A stretch of DNA of 62,980 nucleotides, counting the filler, from Salisapilia sapeloensis CBS 127946 (Eukaryota > Protista > Oomycota), in NCBI GenBank assembly GCA_023334545.1. It is 11 parts of 11 records of this genome, joined end to end, with 100 filler letters (N's around TTAATTAATTAA, not from the genome) between each part and the next. Parts side by side here need not be neighbours in the genome. Positions count along the whole stretch, not along the records: positions 1 to 20,518 come from JAADVB010000299.1; 10 more parts are not named here. One strand, 5' to 3'. This document shows positions 1-11,404 of this stretch, one piece after another. The notes beneath the pieces are model-generated. The model did no database searches and was not told the DNA's origin. It saw nothing but the letters and a program-made list of their open reading frames with translations. Position numbers and translations under genes: made by a program. The stretch's first letter is position 1, and each line of letters opens with the position of its first letter.

Positions 1-425
1 GCCCGAGTGCTTTCATTCGGTCGAGAAACTAGACTCGAGGAAGATTCTGGGCCGCATGCCGCCGTTCCTCTGCGTGCACCACCTGATTTATGTCCACGTC
101 TCGCTGCTCTACACCGCTGCCAAACCCGGAAAGCAAATCTGATTGGACTTCATGCATCCATGGCGCCGTGTAAACATTCACTCGGTATGGTAGCCAGGCG
201 CGAAGAGTAAGCGGTAGAGCAGAGTATGACTGAATAACTCATAGCTGCTCATCAAAGCGTTTGCAAGTTGCCTTGATGTGATTGGTCTAAAATAAGAGGA
301 TTTTTGATACAGACTCAGACGATGGAAATGTTGGATCTAATTTCACTAGCTAAGTGTGTATAGCGTCCAGTATATATGAAAGACACCTAACGTTCGATCT
401 TGATCCGAAGATCGCTCATCTTGCC

Positions 426-441
426 TCATTTCCAAATTTCC
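426..441 (+). promoter_or_regulatory. Oomycete INR+FPR core promoter motif upstream of Pmp3 gene 1
   Basis: TCATTTCCAAATTTCC fits the oomycete INR (YCAYTYY) + FPR (MWTTTNC) supramotif and ends 14 bp before the ATG at 456. Confidence 0.7.
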
Positions 442-455
442 ATCAAAAAGACAAG

Positions 456-629
456 ATGCCAGTTACGTGCGGAGACATCCCGAGACTCATCTGTAGTGTC
501 ATCATCCCTCCGATCGGAGTCTTCTTCGAGGTTGGCTGCAACAAGGACCTCGCCATCAACATCTTGTTGACCATCCTTGGATACATTCCTGGACTCATCC
601 ACGCAGTCTATATACTGGTGGAGCATTAG
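456..629 (+). CDS. PMP3: Pmp3/UPF0057 proteolipid membrane potential modulator (57 aa)
   Basis: MPVTCGDIPRLICSVIIPPIGVFFEVGCNKDLAINILLTILGYIPGLIHAVYIL is the typical two-helix Pmp3 signature; ATG at 456 is preferred over the upstream GTG ORF start. Confidence 0.92.
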   Translation: MPVTCGDIPRLICSVIIPPIGVFFEVGCNKDLAINILLTILGYIPGLIHAVYILVEH

Positions 630-853
630 CGCATCTTTGACCAGCGTAGCTGCGCCTGCCGGACTGACTTTTTGTAATGAGACGCGAGCTTTGAATCGAT
701 TCCTCGTTTTCCCTTTATAAACCCTTTGGTGAATAATATAAATACGCTTCGTATTTGTCGCTCCAATCCCCTTGTCTTTGCGTTGAACGCGGATGGATAT
801 TGACACATTTCCTCATTCTGCGCCCGCACCCAACGCTCACAACAGCGAAAGCG

Positions 854-1199
854 ATGGCTCAACGGTATGACAACCCGCACTATTGGGAAGAAGGCAGGAA
901 TGCATTGCCGACGGGAGAACCATATATTCCCCTGGTAGAGCACCCAGTGATCCGGGAAGAAGCGACAGATCGCAGCTGCAGGAAATGCGTGCATGCGCTG
1001 TGCTCCGTGGCACTCCCTCCCTTGGGCGTCCTATTGCACTCTGGAATCAACAAGGACTTCATTATTAGCTGTCTACTAACGATCTTAGGGTGAGAGAATA
1101 TGACTTCGTTGAACTGGAAGTAGTTCGTAAAGCTTAACTTACATGCGTAGGTATGTTCCTGGGGTGATCCATGCCATTTGGCTCATCTGTTCATATTAA
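854..1199 (+). CDS. Second Pmp3-family proteolipid with N-terminal extension; exons 854-1089, 1151-1199
   Basis: ...ALCSVALPPLGVLLHSG..DFIISCLLTILG, then intron GTGAGA...GCGTAG (1090-1150), restores GYVPGVIHAIWLICSY-stop. Confidence 0.88.
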
Positions 1200-3223
1200 G
1201 CTGATAGGAAGCGTACTGGTGTAGCTTTGTGGTAGCCGAACAGGAATAAAAGAATCTTGATGGAACGAGTATTTGTTTTGTCCATGCTAGCGTACATCCA
1301 TGCAAGCTAAGTTTAACAGATCGTTCGAACTCACATGTACGCGTATATGTCTTATAAAATCACGTGCAGGGTGTAATTTCTGATCAGTTGACCTCAATCC
1401 ATTTCCATCCATGTAGCGAGTATCAGTTCTGCCGATGTGCAATGAAGTGAAAATGCTCGGCTCTTGCCGTGTACCTGATTCAGACGCATGTAAATAGCTA
1501 ATTGTGGATATTTCTCTCCATCCTTGGCTACGCTTTATCGTTACAATAGAAGTAAAGTTAGCAAGGGGATGTTGTGGTAACCGATCCTGATTTGCCATCA
1601 ACACAAAAAGAAAATACAGTTTCAGCAACAACCTGAACAAAACAAGTAGAGTAATTGATCAAGAAAACGACAGGGCCGTATTCTCAAAAGACACTTCTTT
1701 ATGGAAGGTTGAGCAGAACTCAGGTGTAGATTTGGATACGTGAGACCAGGATCAATGCAAATTTCTATTGAACATCCAATTGAAGGGTTGCTGATTCATT
1801 TTTTGCCTTCCTTCCAAAGAGCATACTGTCTCATCCTTGTCATCTATCCTAAGTCGATGAAAGTCTTACAACCATGGCTCGTTGCCAAGCGTCTAGTTTC
1901 CCTTTTGATTTAAAAGCCGCGATGCAACATTAGCCAATTCGGGTAGTACTTTGATTAGGCTGACAACATCGGCACAGCTTACAAGGTAATCGCCCATGTT
2001 TTCAATCGCAGCACCAAGACATTTTGAATCTAAAGTCAAAGATCAAGATTCACATTTTGGATTTATAGAGGTACAGTGGGCTTTGCTCGTGGATCAAGCG
2101 CACTGGTCTGGCTACTCATCTATGCTCTAGCATTCCAATCAAGCTGTACCTGGACGAGTACTATTAGTGCGTCGATTACCTACTTATATTCGTCAAGACG
2201 AATTGCCAAGTAGTCCAATTGCATATGGAAGGTGAAGACGCTGTTAGAACGCGTCAAGCAGAAACGGGTACATTGCATGCATAAATAGTTACGCCAACTG
2301 AATTCTATTGGGGTACTTTTTGCTTCATCTGTAACTGATTTCCACTGATCTCAAGCGAATGTGCTTGGTTGATACCACGGCCAAATCAACGCCGTACAAT
2401 AAAAAGACTAGGAGTCAAGTCCTGCACATGAAACACAAGAAGTTGCTTCATGATCGTATAGATTTCGTAGTTCCAGTACTAGACAATAACACTTAATGCT
2501 TGCTCTGGGTCTTGGCGAAGAGACCTGAGCATGGAAACCGGTGCTTGCGTAGAATGATCCTGGCGGTCGTGCCATACTCAGAATCGAGTTGCTTACGGTG
2601 TACCTGGAACCTTGGTTCCATACGAATAAACTCATCGTAAATTTTGCTTCCTCCGAAGATGAATACAGCTCTACGACGTCATTGCGATCAGTCGTGCAGC
2701 TCAAGAAAACCTACTTCAATCCCGCTCAGAAATCCAGGTCGATTCGCAGCCATGCGTATCCAGAAATCCAGAAAGTAGGATAGAACCCAGATATGTTTGA
2801 CGAAAGAAATCAAGCCATGGCAGGTCGAAGAACATGCTCTCAACGCGTATCCGAGTCCGACCAGCAGCTACCTCCGACCACGCCATCGCATATAGAAAAT
2901 CCCCCCTTCACTGTCGCATGTTGCAATGGGTATGCATTATATTCATCCGTGGAAATCTTCCACCGCAAGCTAATCAGATTCGGCTTTTTCATCTCCCGCA
3001 GGAGTGCTGTACAGCGCAAGACTTGGCGTCAAGTAGAACAAGCGCACCGTGGCGATCCCGGATAGAAATTAGCGCTTGGGATCTGCTAGAGCGACCATGT
3101 GGTCACGTCACCGAAGACAGCTTGACCTTCCTCATTACATACTGTGGCTTAATCAGAAACAAAGCGGATGTCTGGTAGGGAGGTGCTCACTCTTTGATTT
3201 GAGCTCTCACGCTAACGTCCAAC

Positions 3224-3742
3224 ATGTTCGCCAAGACCTTCCTCCTCGCTGCCGCCATGGCCGTTGCCTCCGTGTCCGCCGACACCTGTGACGTTGCCGC
3301 CCTCACGCCTTTGCTCTCGAACGAGAACTACGACAAGTGCGCCACGGACTCGGGCGGATACGCCTTCACGTCCGGCAAGGTCCCGACGGACGACCAGGCC
3401 GAAGCCATGTGCGAGTCAGACGCTTGCAAGAAGATGCTCTCGGACGTCGGTGAAATGGACTTGGACCCGGACTGTGAGATCCCGCTCGGCGACGGACAGA
3501 CCAACCTCCAGACGGACATCATCGACAAGGTGACGGCTGCCTGCGGCGGTGACGCCCCGGCTGAGGAATCTCCTGCCGAGGAGGCCCCTGCCAAGGAGGA
3601 GGAATCCCCTGCCGCCACGACTGCCGCTGCTGAGACCGAGGCCCCTGCTGCCGAGGAAGACAAGCCGGCCGCGACCCCTGCGTCGACCCCGGCCTCCACT
3701 TCCGGCGGAGAAGCCCCGACGTCTACGCACGCCGCGTGCTAA
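3224..3742 (+). CDS. Elicitin / elicitin-like secreted protein with Ala/Pro/Glu/Thr-rich tail
   Basis: Signal peptide; six Cys in elicitin spacing (DTCD, DKCA, AMCESDAC, PDCE, AACG); low-complexity tail ending ...HAAC. Confidence 0.88.
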   Translation: MFAKTFLLAAAMAVASVSADTCDVAALTPLLSNENYDKCATDSGGYAFTSGKVPTDDQAEAMCESDACKKMLSDVGEMDLDPDCEIPLGDGQTNLQTDIIDKVTAACGGDAPAEESPAEEAPAKEEESPAATTAAAETEAPAAEEDKPAATPASTPASTSGGEAPTSTHAAC

Positions 3743-4073
3743 GTCGACGTAGTCAGCATCCAGCTCTTGGATTTTGATACGCAGGAAATAAGAGATGGAT
3801 CCTTTTACTAAAGAAAGTATGCTTTGAATATGGTTTTTCGCCTTATGTCCTTTTCGACTAATGCATCTCAAGCAGTTAGTGGTTTGTGGTACACATGTAG
3901 CGCAGCACTTCTTGGAAGATAGTAGCCAGGTAGATAGACAAGAGATCATATTGGACGACCAACACTCCGAGGGGCGAAGGTCGTCGAGTAGTGTCAGTAG
4001 GAGTGGTATCAGACAAGGGATTTGCATGCCCGCCCGATCACACTGGAGAAGTGCTTATCTCCTAAAATTTAGA

Positions 4074-5783
4074 ATGCGTTCGTTCTTGCTACTTGCCTCT
4101 GTCTTGATGGCTGTGGCCTATGGACGTCTGATACCCGTGCGATCTAATCACTATCAGACGCTTGCGAGTGAGGTGGATGCCAAGAACAGAGCGGAGGGAG
4201 ACGCGTTTGATAAGCTCATTCAAAAGTACATGAACGACGGTCATTTTCCTAGATACGGACGTTCACAGGAGCAAAAGGTGTCGGAAGCACATGGGTTCCT
4301 GAAGCGGGAAGTTTTCAAAAGCGGAATCGTTGGTCTTAGCGCTAGTATCGTCGATCAAGGTGATGTCGTGCTAAGCCGTGGATATGGCCTGCTCGAGTCA
4401 GGGAACCCAACTAGTCAAGTACACAGCACTTCTCTTTTTCAGATCGGATCACTCACGAAAACGTTCGTGACGTTGGGTATTGGGCTTTTAGTCGATGAAG
4501 GTCGAGTCCAATGGACCGATCGAGTCAAGCGTCACTACCCGGAGTTGGCTCTCCATGATCCCTACGTCGAAGAGCACTTGACGATCGGAGACTTGTTATC
4601 GATGAATTCCGGACTAGATGAGTCCGCTGACGTCCCTCGGACCGTAGGTTTCTACGATCCGATAGAAGAACGAGTGGCCCATCTTCGATACCTAAAGCCA
4701 AACCGTTCTCTTCGGGAGGAATATGCGTATGCGAACATCAACTTTGAGATACTCGGCATGGTCATCCAGTCTGTCACTGGCCTCATGTGGCATGAGTTTC
4801 TCCAAGAACATGTCTTTCAGCCTCTGAATATGACCAGGACGTTCGGAGCAGCCTCTCAGGTTCCACATGACCCAGACATGAGCCACGGACACTTTGTTTG
4901 TGGAGACAGTCTCCAAGGTCCGTATCACTTGGTGAAAAGCAACGAGGCCGAGTTGAACGCCGGTCACCAAGCGCCGTATGAGGCCGCAGGGTCCATCGTT
5001 TCCAGTGCAGACGACATGGCCAAACTATTGCAGACGGTCTTATCCAAAGGACAAAACCTCTTTTCCACTCCATCGATCATTAATTCCATGATCACAGGCA
5101 AATGTCCTGTTGATCAGGCAACGTACCAAGCATTCCTGACGACTGGTCACCACTACAATCCGGACGGCAATACGCTCGCAGCTGGGTACGGACTCGACTT
5201 TGTCACCCACGGCATGTGGGGCCACGACTACGTGGAGAAATTGGGGGACACTGCTGTCCACGCCACTAGAAGCGGCTTGAGTCTGACGCAGCAAGTGGGT
5301 GTCGTCTTGACGTCTAATACACATCTCCCGTCTCCCATGGCTTCTGCCTTGCTAGATCATATGCGTAGCTACGTCATGGGCATCTTCCTAGATGTCCCTA
5401 AGGCTATCTTGGACGGAGAGTATAAACGATGGCGAGAAGAAGACGTCCTCCAGCCTCCATACCCTGGCGTAGACGTCTGCGGTCTACGCTTCTGGAGGCC
5501 AACGAAGGTGGAGATGAGTCTTGACGAGATGAACAAGTACGTTGGTACGTACTATGCAGTGCACTCCCGAGGGTTCTTCGGCCGCTTTGATATTGAGGTA
5601 CAAGACAATAGGCTCTTGATGGCGTATGGACATGTCCACCAGCCTCTACGACGCATCCAGTTGAAATCACAGGATGGAGTAGTGTTTCTGTGGGAAGGCA
5701 GTCATCCGATGCTAGTGTTCATGACTCGAGACAAGGACAAGATGGTAGCCACAGTCCTGGAGACGTCTTTCAAACAGCAATAA
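4074..5783 (+). CDS. Secreted beta-lactamase/PBP-fold serine hydrolase (569 aa)
   Basis: Signal-like N-terminus MRSFLLLASVLMAVAYG (ATG 4074 preferred to 3861); FQIGSLTK (SxxK), YAYANINF (YxN), LTIGDLLSMNSG, AAGSIVSSADDMAK; intronless. Confidence 0.88.
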   Translation: MRSFLLLASVLMAVAYGRLIPVRSNHYQTLASEVDAKNRAEGDAFDKLIQKYMNDGHFPRYGRSQEQKVSEAHGFLKREVFKSGIVGLSASIVDQGDVVLSRGYGLLESGNPTSQVHSTSLFQIGSLTKTFVTLGIGLLVDEGRVQWTDRVKRHYPELALHDPYVEEHLTIGDLLSMNSGLDESADVPRTVGFYDPIEERVAHLRYLKPNRSLREEYAYANINFEILGMVIQSVTGLMWHEFLQEHVFQPLNMTRTFGAASQVPHDPDMSHGHFVCGDSLQGPYHLVKSNEAELNAGHQAPYEAAGSIVSSADDMAKLLQTVLSKGQNLFSTPSIINSMITGKCPVDQATYQAFLTTGHHYNPDGNTLAAGYGLDFVTHGMWGHDYVEKLGDTAVHATRSGLSLTQQVGVVLTSNTHLPSPMASALLDHMRSYVMGIFLDVPKAILDGEYKRWREEDVLQPPYPGVDVCGLRFWRPTKVEMSLDEMNKYVGTYYAVHSRGFFGRFDIEVQDNRLLMAYGHVHQPLRRIQLKSQDGVVFLWEGSHPMLVFMTRDKDKMVATVLETSFKQQ

Positions 5784-5788
5784 AGCCT

Positions 5789-7476
5789 TTATTCTTCTTT
5801 TTGTTTACCATAGTCCTCGTCGTCCGTCCGCTCCGTGTCGATCGGGTAGATCCACCGCTGGTAGCAATAGATGACGAATACGACGTCGTCTCGGAAGCAA
5901 CTGATCCGGTGCATGGTCGGCATCGGCATGACAAACGCGAAGAGGTCATCGATAAAGGTGTTCAGGGCGCGGTAGATGAGGTACCGCCATGGCAAGTGTG
6001 CGACGCTCTTCAGGCGATAGTTGATGATCAGCTGAGGCGTCATCATGGCAAAGCCGAGGGCATACACTGCGCTCGTGAGGGACTGGATGACCCAGCTGTA
6101 CCATCCCTTCTGTGCTTCATACGTCAACGTGTAGATCGCATATCCAAGAACGAGAGGCAGGAGGATTCGGAGGAGATGGGAGGTAGCAAACTTGTCGACC
6201 TCATGCGTCTTCTGTAGACTGTCCGACTGAGCACTGGCGGCGGAGGCAGTATGGACCTTCCATAGCTTCCACACGAGGAGCAGGCAGCTGAAGAAGGACG
6301 GAGCGAGGATAAGGAGCGTCGTCTGCTCCTCCATGAGGTAGAGCAGGACGACGACTTCGCAGACGAGGTTGATGAAGAGGACGCGGAAGGAGACGCCGAC
6401 CATGTCGTCTCCAGCCTTCTTCTGTCTCCAGAAGGAAATGTCACTTTTGAAGGCGAGCCAGTCGAAGAGGACGTGGAGCATACTGACGACGCCGGTGACG
6501 ACGACCAGTAGCCAGTGCGTGTCGCTGACCATGGCACGCAGCATTTCCATGTCGTCACTCGCGCCTGCAGCTGTGCTGAGCGCTGTGGCGGCCGTGAGCA
6601 TGAGCTGCCACCTCGCAAACGTCATCATCCCTAGGTTTAGCTCTAGTGTAAGGCTGTCGGTCGAGTCCATGTCGATCTTCTGGAGCTTGCTCTTGGTGAG
6701 TGCGAGGTCGTCGATAAAGACAGGAGGGAGGTAGACGATCTTGTTTTGAGCAGGCTGCTCGAAGCGAAGGTAGTTGTACGCTAGAGGAGGGAACTCTTGG
6801 TATGGAAACTTGGTAAAGTCCGACACGATCCGGACTTTCAAGGCAGGTTTCCACAGGGCTACGTATGTACTGGAAGGAGTCGAATCGTTGGTTACGCTTG
6901 GAGATGGATCTAGTAAGAAGTGCTTTTCAGCAGAAAAGTGGGGAGGAGCGAACTGGATGAGCTCAATGCGGTTGGCGACTGTCCTCAGAGACCGATAGTG
7001 ACGATGTCCTGGGACGGGCGTATAGCCATTTTGCGTCGCGTGGACATGGAGATAGACACTTTGGTTTTGACGAAGGAAGGCAAAGACAGATGTGTGCGTT
7101 TCTGGCGTGAGCTGGATGACCTCTGTCTTGGTGTCGAGGACAGTCGGGGAGAAGGGCGTGGGCGTGAAGTTGGCAATAAGAGTAGCTTTTTCAAAGTCTG
7201 TCTTTGCGTTCCAAGTAGCATTGGGAGAAATGTAGCATTCTGTATAAAACGATGCTTCAGGTTCCCAGTACTGATCGACCGTCGGCCCGGACGTGTCCTG
7301 GAAGCTCGGATAGCCAATGCGATAGAGCTGCGAGGCCGTCAAGTACAAATACAGTGCCTAGTTTCATACAATTGATGTCAGTCACGTAGATAGAAATTGA
7401 CCTTGCATTTAAACGGTACAAAGAATAGGAAAGAGAGTGATGTGAAGTTGACATAGTCCGTGAATCGGCCTGCCAT
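5789..7476 (-). CDS. CLPTM1: CLPTM1-family membrane protein; exons 7476-7420, 7357-5789
   Basis: FDWLAFKSDISFW, PQLIINYRLKSVAHLPWR, YRALNTFIDDLFAFV.MPTMHRISCFRDD, YQRWIYPID; the 5' exon MAGRFTDYVNFTSLSFLFF joins in phase 0 through a GTACCG...TAG intron. Confidence 0.93.
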
Positions 7477-7624
7477 GGCTCGACGTGTCCACGAGGCTCG
7501 AGTCTGGCTTGACAAAGGTATCTCGTCGATCCAACGTGTGATTGGCTGTAAATACAAATTATTATCCAATGAATTGGCAGGAGGTAGTCACCAACCAAAC
7601 AAGTAACTTGGACCAGCAGCAGCA

Positions 7625-8798
7625 ATGACGATGCGACTTGGCCGACGGTTACTACCTTCCACAGCAACGAATGTGGCTGCGGATGCCTCCACAGCTCCAT
7701 TGGACCTAATCAAGCAGCATGACAGGTTCTTCTGTGATGCGATGGAGCTCATTCCTCAGGACCTCTACTTTCCATCCGAACCAGAGGATAATTATGCCAA
7801 GCACAAGCCCAAGAAGGCAGGAAAAAAGTACCACAAGGTATGCTCCGTCATGTTTATTATACCCGTCAAAATACTCATAGGAAGGATGCGTATTGCAGAT
7901 GATCATGGCGGAGAGCTACGTGCCATCGTCCAAGGAGCTGAAGCGAGGCAAATTCGCGCCTGAGAACCAGGTCTCGAACGAAGAGAAGCAGCAGCAGAAC
8001 AGTGAGCCAGTGGAAGTAGAGGAAGCTGCACCGCTGGAGCCAATGCCGAACTCTACGAATGCCAGTGTCGAGAGTCTTCGTGAACGCCTCGCGCAAAAAA
8101 TCCAGACGCTCCGAGAGCAGCGTCATGCAGACTCGAATGGTCCGAAGAAACGCAAGTTGGAGACTGACAAACCGACTGCTTCGAAGAAACCCAAGACAGG
8201 TCTGAAGCAGACGAATCGGCCGAAGACCCAGGCGTCCGAGTCGACCGCATCGGCAGGTGAAAAGGAAGAAAAGGAGGTGGCAACGGAGAATGGAAACTTG
8301 GGCAAGGAAGAGATCTCGTACGGAACGCTGACGCTAGGAGAAGAAGAATCCAAGACACCAGCCACCAAGACTCGGAATGGCCAGAAGATGCGTAGCCTAA
8401 AGAAACTGCTGCAGAAGGCCGAGAAGAACCAGGAGAAGCTGCAGAAGCTGAACGAGACGGAGGAAGGCAAGGCCAAAGTGCAGCAGGTGCAGTGGGACAA
8501 GGCGCTGCGTCAGGCCACGGGTGAGACGGTCAAGGACGACCCCAAGTTGATTAGTAAACAGATAAAGAAGAAGGTCAAGGCCAAGGAGAAGAGTCGAAAG
8601 AAGTGGGCCGAGCGTCTGCAGCAAAAGGACTCCAAGGACAAGGGAGGCAAGGACAAAGACAAAGGCGGCAGGTCCAAGAAGGGCACGGTATGATTTTTTA
8701 TATCCTAGTAAAACCATCGAAGAGACTGACGTGAATGGATGTAGCGCGCTGGCTTTGAAGGCAAGAAGGGAGAGCAGTTCCTGAATAAAAAGAAATAA
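7625..8798 (+). CDS. SURF6: SURF6/Rrp14 nucleolar protein; exons 7625-7837, 7899-8687, 8745-8798
   Basis: N-terminal HDRFFCDAMELIP (Rrp14 N-domain), Lys-rich body, WDKALRQATGETVKDDPKLI, KSRKKWAER; the spliced last exon gives RAGFEGKK; all GT-AG phase 0. Confidence 0.88.
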
Positions 8799-8847
8799 AG
8801 AGCCGTGTATTGATCCACAACGTAGTTTCGTCTTGGTAGTGTAGGCG

Positions 8848-9113
8848 CTAGAGGATGGAGCACCCGCCACCACCCTGCCCGCTCTGCTGCCAAGGGTTCG
8901 CCGTCTCGTTCTCTCCTAGCAGCGGATCGGCCGTGGATTCGCAATATTCCATGATTCTATCTCATACGTTTAGCAAAAGCCTACTGTGCATATGATTCGA
9001 CATTCATACTTTTTAGCAGCCTCAGAGGTGGTGCAAGCGCCTTCGAGTGTCTTGAGGTCCATCTCGAGTCGCTCGACCTCTTCCGTGAGCTTTTTGGCCT
9101 GAACGTCCGCCAT
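8848..9113 (-). CDS. GPG1: Heterotrimeric G-protein gamma subunit (70 aa); exons 9113-9010, 8956-8848
   Basis: Spliced product MADVQAKKLTEEVERLEMDLKTLEGACTTSEAAKKIMEYCESTADPLLGENETANPWQQSGQGGGGCSIL has an N-terminal coil, DPLL, NPW and a C-terminal CaaX (CSIL); absent from the ORF track. Confidence 0.88.
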
Positions 9114-9238
9114 CTTCTTCTACTATGCGTCGGAGGCTGTGTCGCTGTACGTCCTTTCACAGTGCGTTTTACTGACGTTTTGCATACGAACTGAAACGAC
9201 CGAAACGCCCTAAAGAAAAGAGAATATTATTTTATTTT

Positions 9239-11404
9239 CTAAATATACTGTTGCACGTTCTTCACGCGCGTCTCGATCTGCCGCACCACGTCCGACAGCG
9301 ACTTGTTCTGATCCACTTCCATGGCCACTTCGAGGCACAGCAGACTCTGGACGTATCGCTCGCTGCTGGCCTGGTACTGTCCCAGCACCTCCTGCACGGC
9401 CGCTTCCTTGGCGCGCTGGAGTGCGTAATTCGTCACTAATTGCCCCACCGACCGAGGAGATACCTGCGATGCATCATACAGTGCCAGTGTCTGGGCACAT
9501 TTATCTGCCTTGGTCAGAATAGTGTTGAGTGTCTCCATGAGATAGGCTAGTGACAGTTTCCGATTGGTCTCGCTCCATGGCACCATCGTGCTGGCGTCCA
9601 GACTAGGTCCATTCGATGCTTCTTGGAGGACGTGGACACCTCGTTTGATGAGAGAAAGACACTGGAGGTACAGCTGGAGTCCTTCCGCAGCCTGTGTCTG
9701 GAGCTGCAGCTGGACAGAGGAAGACAGACAGTCCTCTTCGTCCATGGCGTCTTCTCGAGGCGAGGTGCTCGTTAGATCAAGAGAAGACGACATGCTCGAG
9801 TTGAGGCTGACGATCGACTCCTCTTCCGTCGACACCTTGTGGATGCTCGTGGGGCTAGACGAATACTGCAAAGCCCGAGTGCTAGGCAGACTGAGTGCGT
9901 CTGCGAGAGGCAGAATCGCCTGCACTCGCAGTCGGACGATCTCCACGAGCTGTCTTCTGGACTCGACCTGTTCATGCATATCCACCTGTGAAACTTGATA
10001 CGCAGGCTCATTAGCGTTTTCCTCTGGCTTGTCGCTTTCGCCGACCAGGACGTACTCTGGATCGGCATCTACCTGTAACTTTTCATTCGAGTTCTTTGGA
10101 GGCAGTCTAGGACTCGATTCCTCCTTAAACGGATTGATACGAGGCGAAGGGAGGACGTGCGGACTCATCTGTGGGCTTAGTCCCTTTTCTGATCCAGCTG
10201 GCGGAGACGGCGTGAGGCTGTTGCGCCGACTCTTACTCGAACTGGTGTTAAAAGAGTTCCGTCGAGATCGAGTGACGGACGCGCCGGCGTGGCTGACACT
10301 GCCAAAGAGATGCTGCTGAAGCACCTCCTTGTTCGTCGTGCTACCTGCGTGGTTCGGTCGCATGGAACTGCGGAGGGACGAGGCGGACGCACTCGCCCAT
10401 AAATTAGTAGGGGGGTCCTCGTCCTCTTCTGCTTCTTCCTGAATGCTCGGCTGAGACGTCATGACTGTGCTCTTGGTCAAGAGCTCCTGGGACATGCCGC
10501 TTAGGTTGACGAACGGGTGTGCGAAGAACTGCTCAAAGCCCATGCGAGACGACGGCCGACGGGTGAGGAGACCTCGAAGGAGAGACTTGCAGTCTTCGCT
10601 GAGTAAAGAGTCGACTCCTGGTGGAAACTGAAGCTCCTTGCGCTCGATGTTGGCCAGCAGCTGGACGTGGTTGGCACCCGTGTACGGCGTCCTGCCGACG
10701 ACGGACTCGTAGAAGATGGCGCCGACGCTCCACAAGTCTGCCTTGGCGTCGTACTTTTGGAATTTGAGGATTTCGGGCGCCATGTACAAGGGAGACCCGC
10801 ACAAGGTTTCTGCCATGGACTGCGTAGCGAGTGGTCTTGCAAACCCAAAGTCAGCTACGAAGGAGCGTTAGAATGGAAAGTAGCAATAATAGAAGCGTTG
10901 CGGTGTACCTATCTTTAGCGTCGTGGTCGGAGAATCCTCGGATAGGAGGAGATTCTGTGGCTTGAGGTCCCGATGGATCAGATTGTGCTTCCAGAGGCAG
11001 TGCATGCCTTTCGCTAGCTCCTGCAAAAAGTGCTGGGCGACCGACTCTGGCAGTGGCATCTTGGTGGATGCAGAGTCTCCGCCGTCGGAATTGGCCGATC
11101 GATCGTGCTTTTTCAAGTACTGCTGCAGGTCTCCTCCGGCGCAGTACTCTAAAATGAGGTACATGTGCTTTTCCGTCTTTTTGATCTCATAGAGCTTGAC
11201 GACGTTCGGGTCGTCGATCTGGCGCATGATGCTGATCTCCATCTCGAGGTTCTGCAGTAGCTTGCCGCTGAGCTTGGACAGCGACAGCGCCTTGATGGCG
11301 ACGGGCGTCTTGGTCGTCTTGTGGTGGCCCTTGTAGACGACGGCAAAGGACCCGGAGCCGAGCTTGCTCGTGACGACGTAGTCGCCGACGCTCGCGCGGG
11401 ACAT
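9239..11404 (-). CDS. ATG1: ATG1/ULK serine/threonine kinase (~703 aa); exons 11404-10909, 10854-9239
   Basis: [23 protein letters not shown]; the intron restores KIADFGFAR; [24 protein letters not shown]; AIM-like EYVLV; helical MIT-like C-terminus. Confidence 0.93.

Noticed and set aside
1287-3180. Possible multi-exon gene or transposon remnant between Pmp3 and the elicitin
   Set aside because: No consistent spliced frame or recognisable motif could be built.
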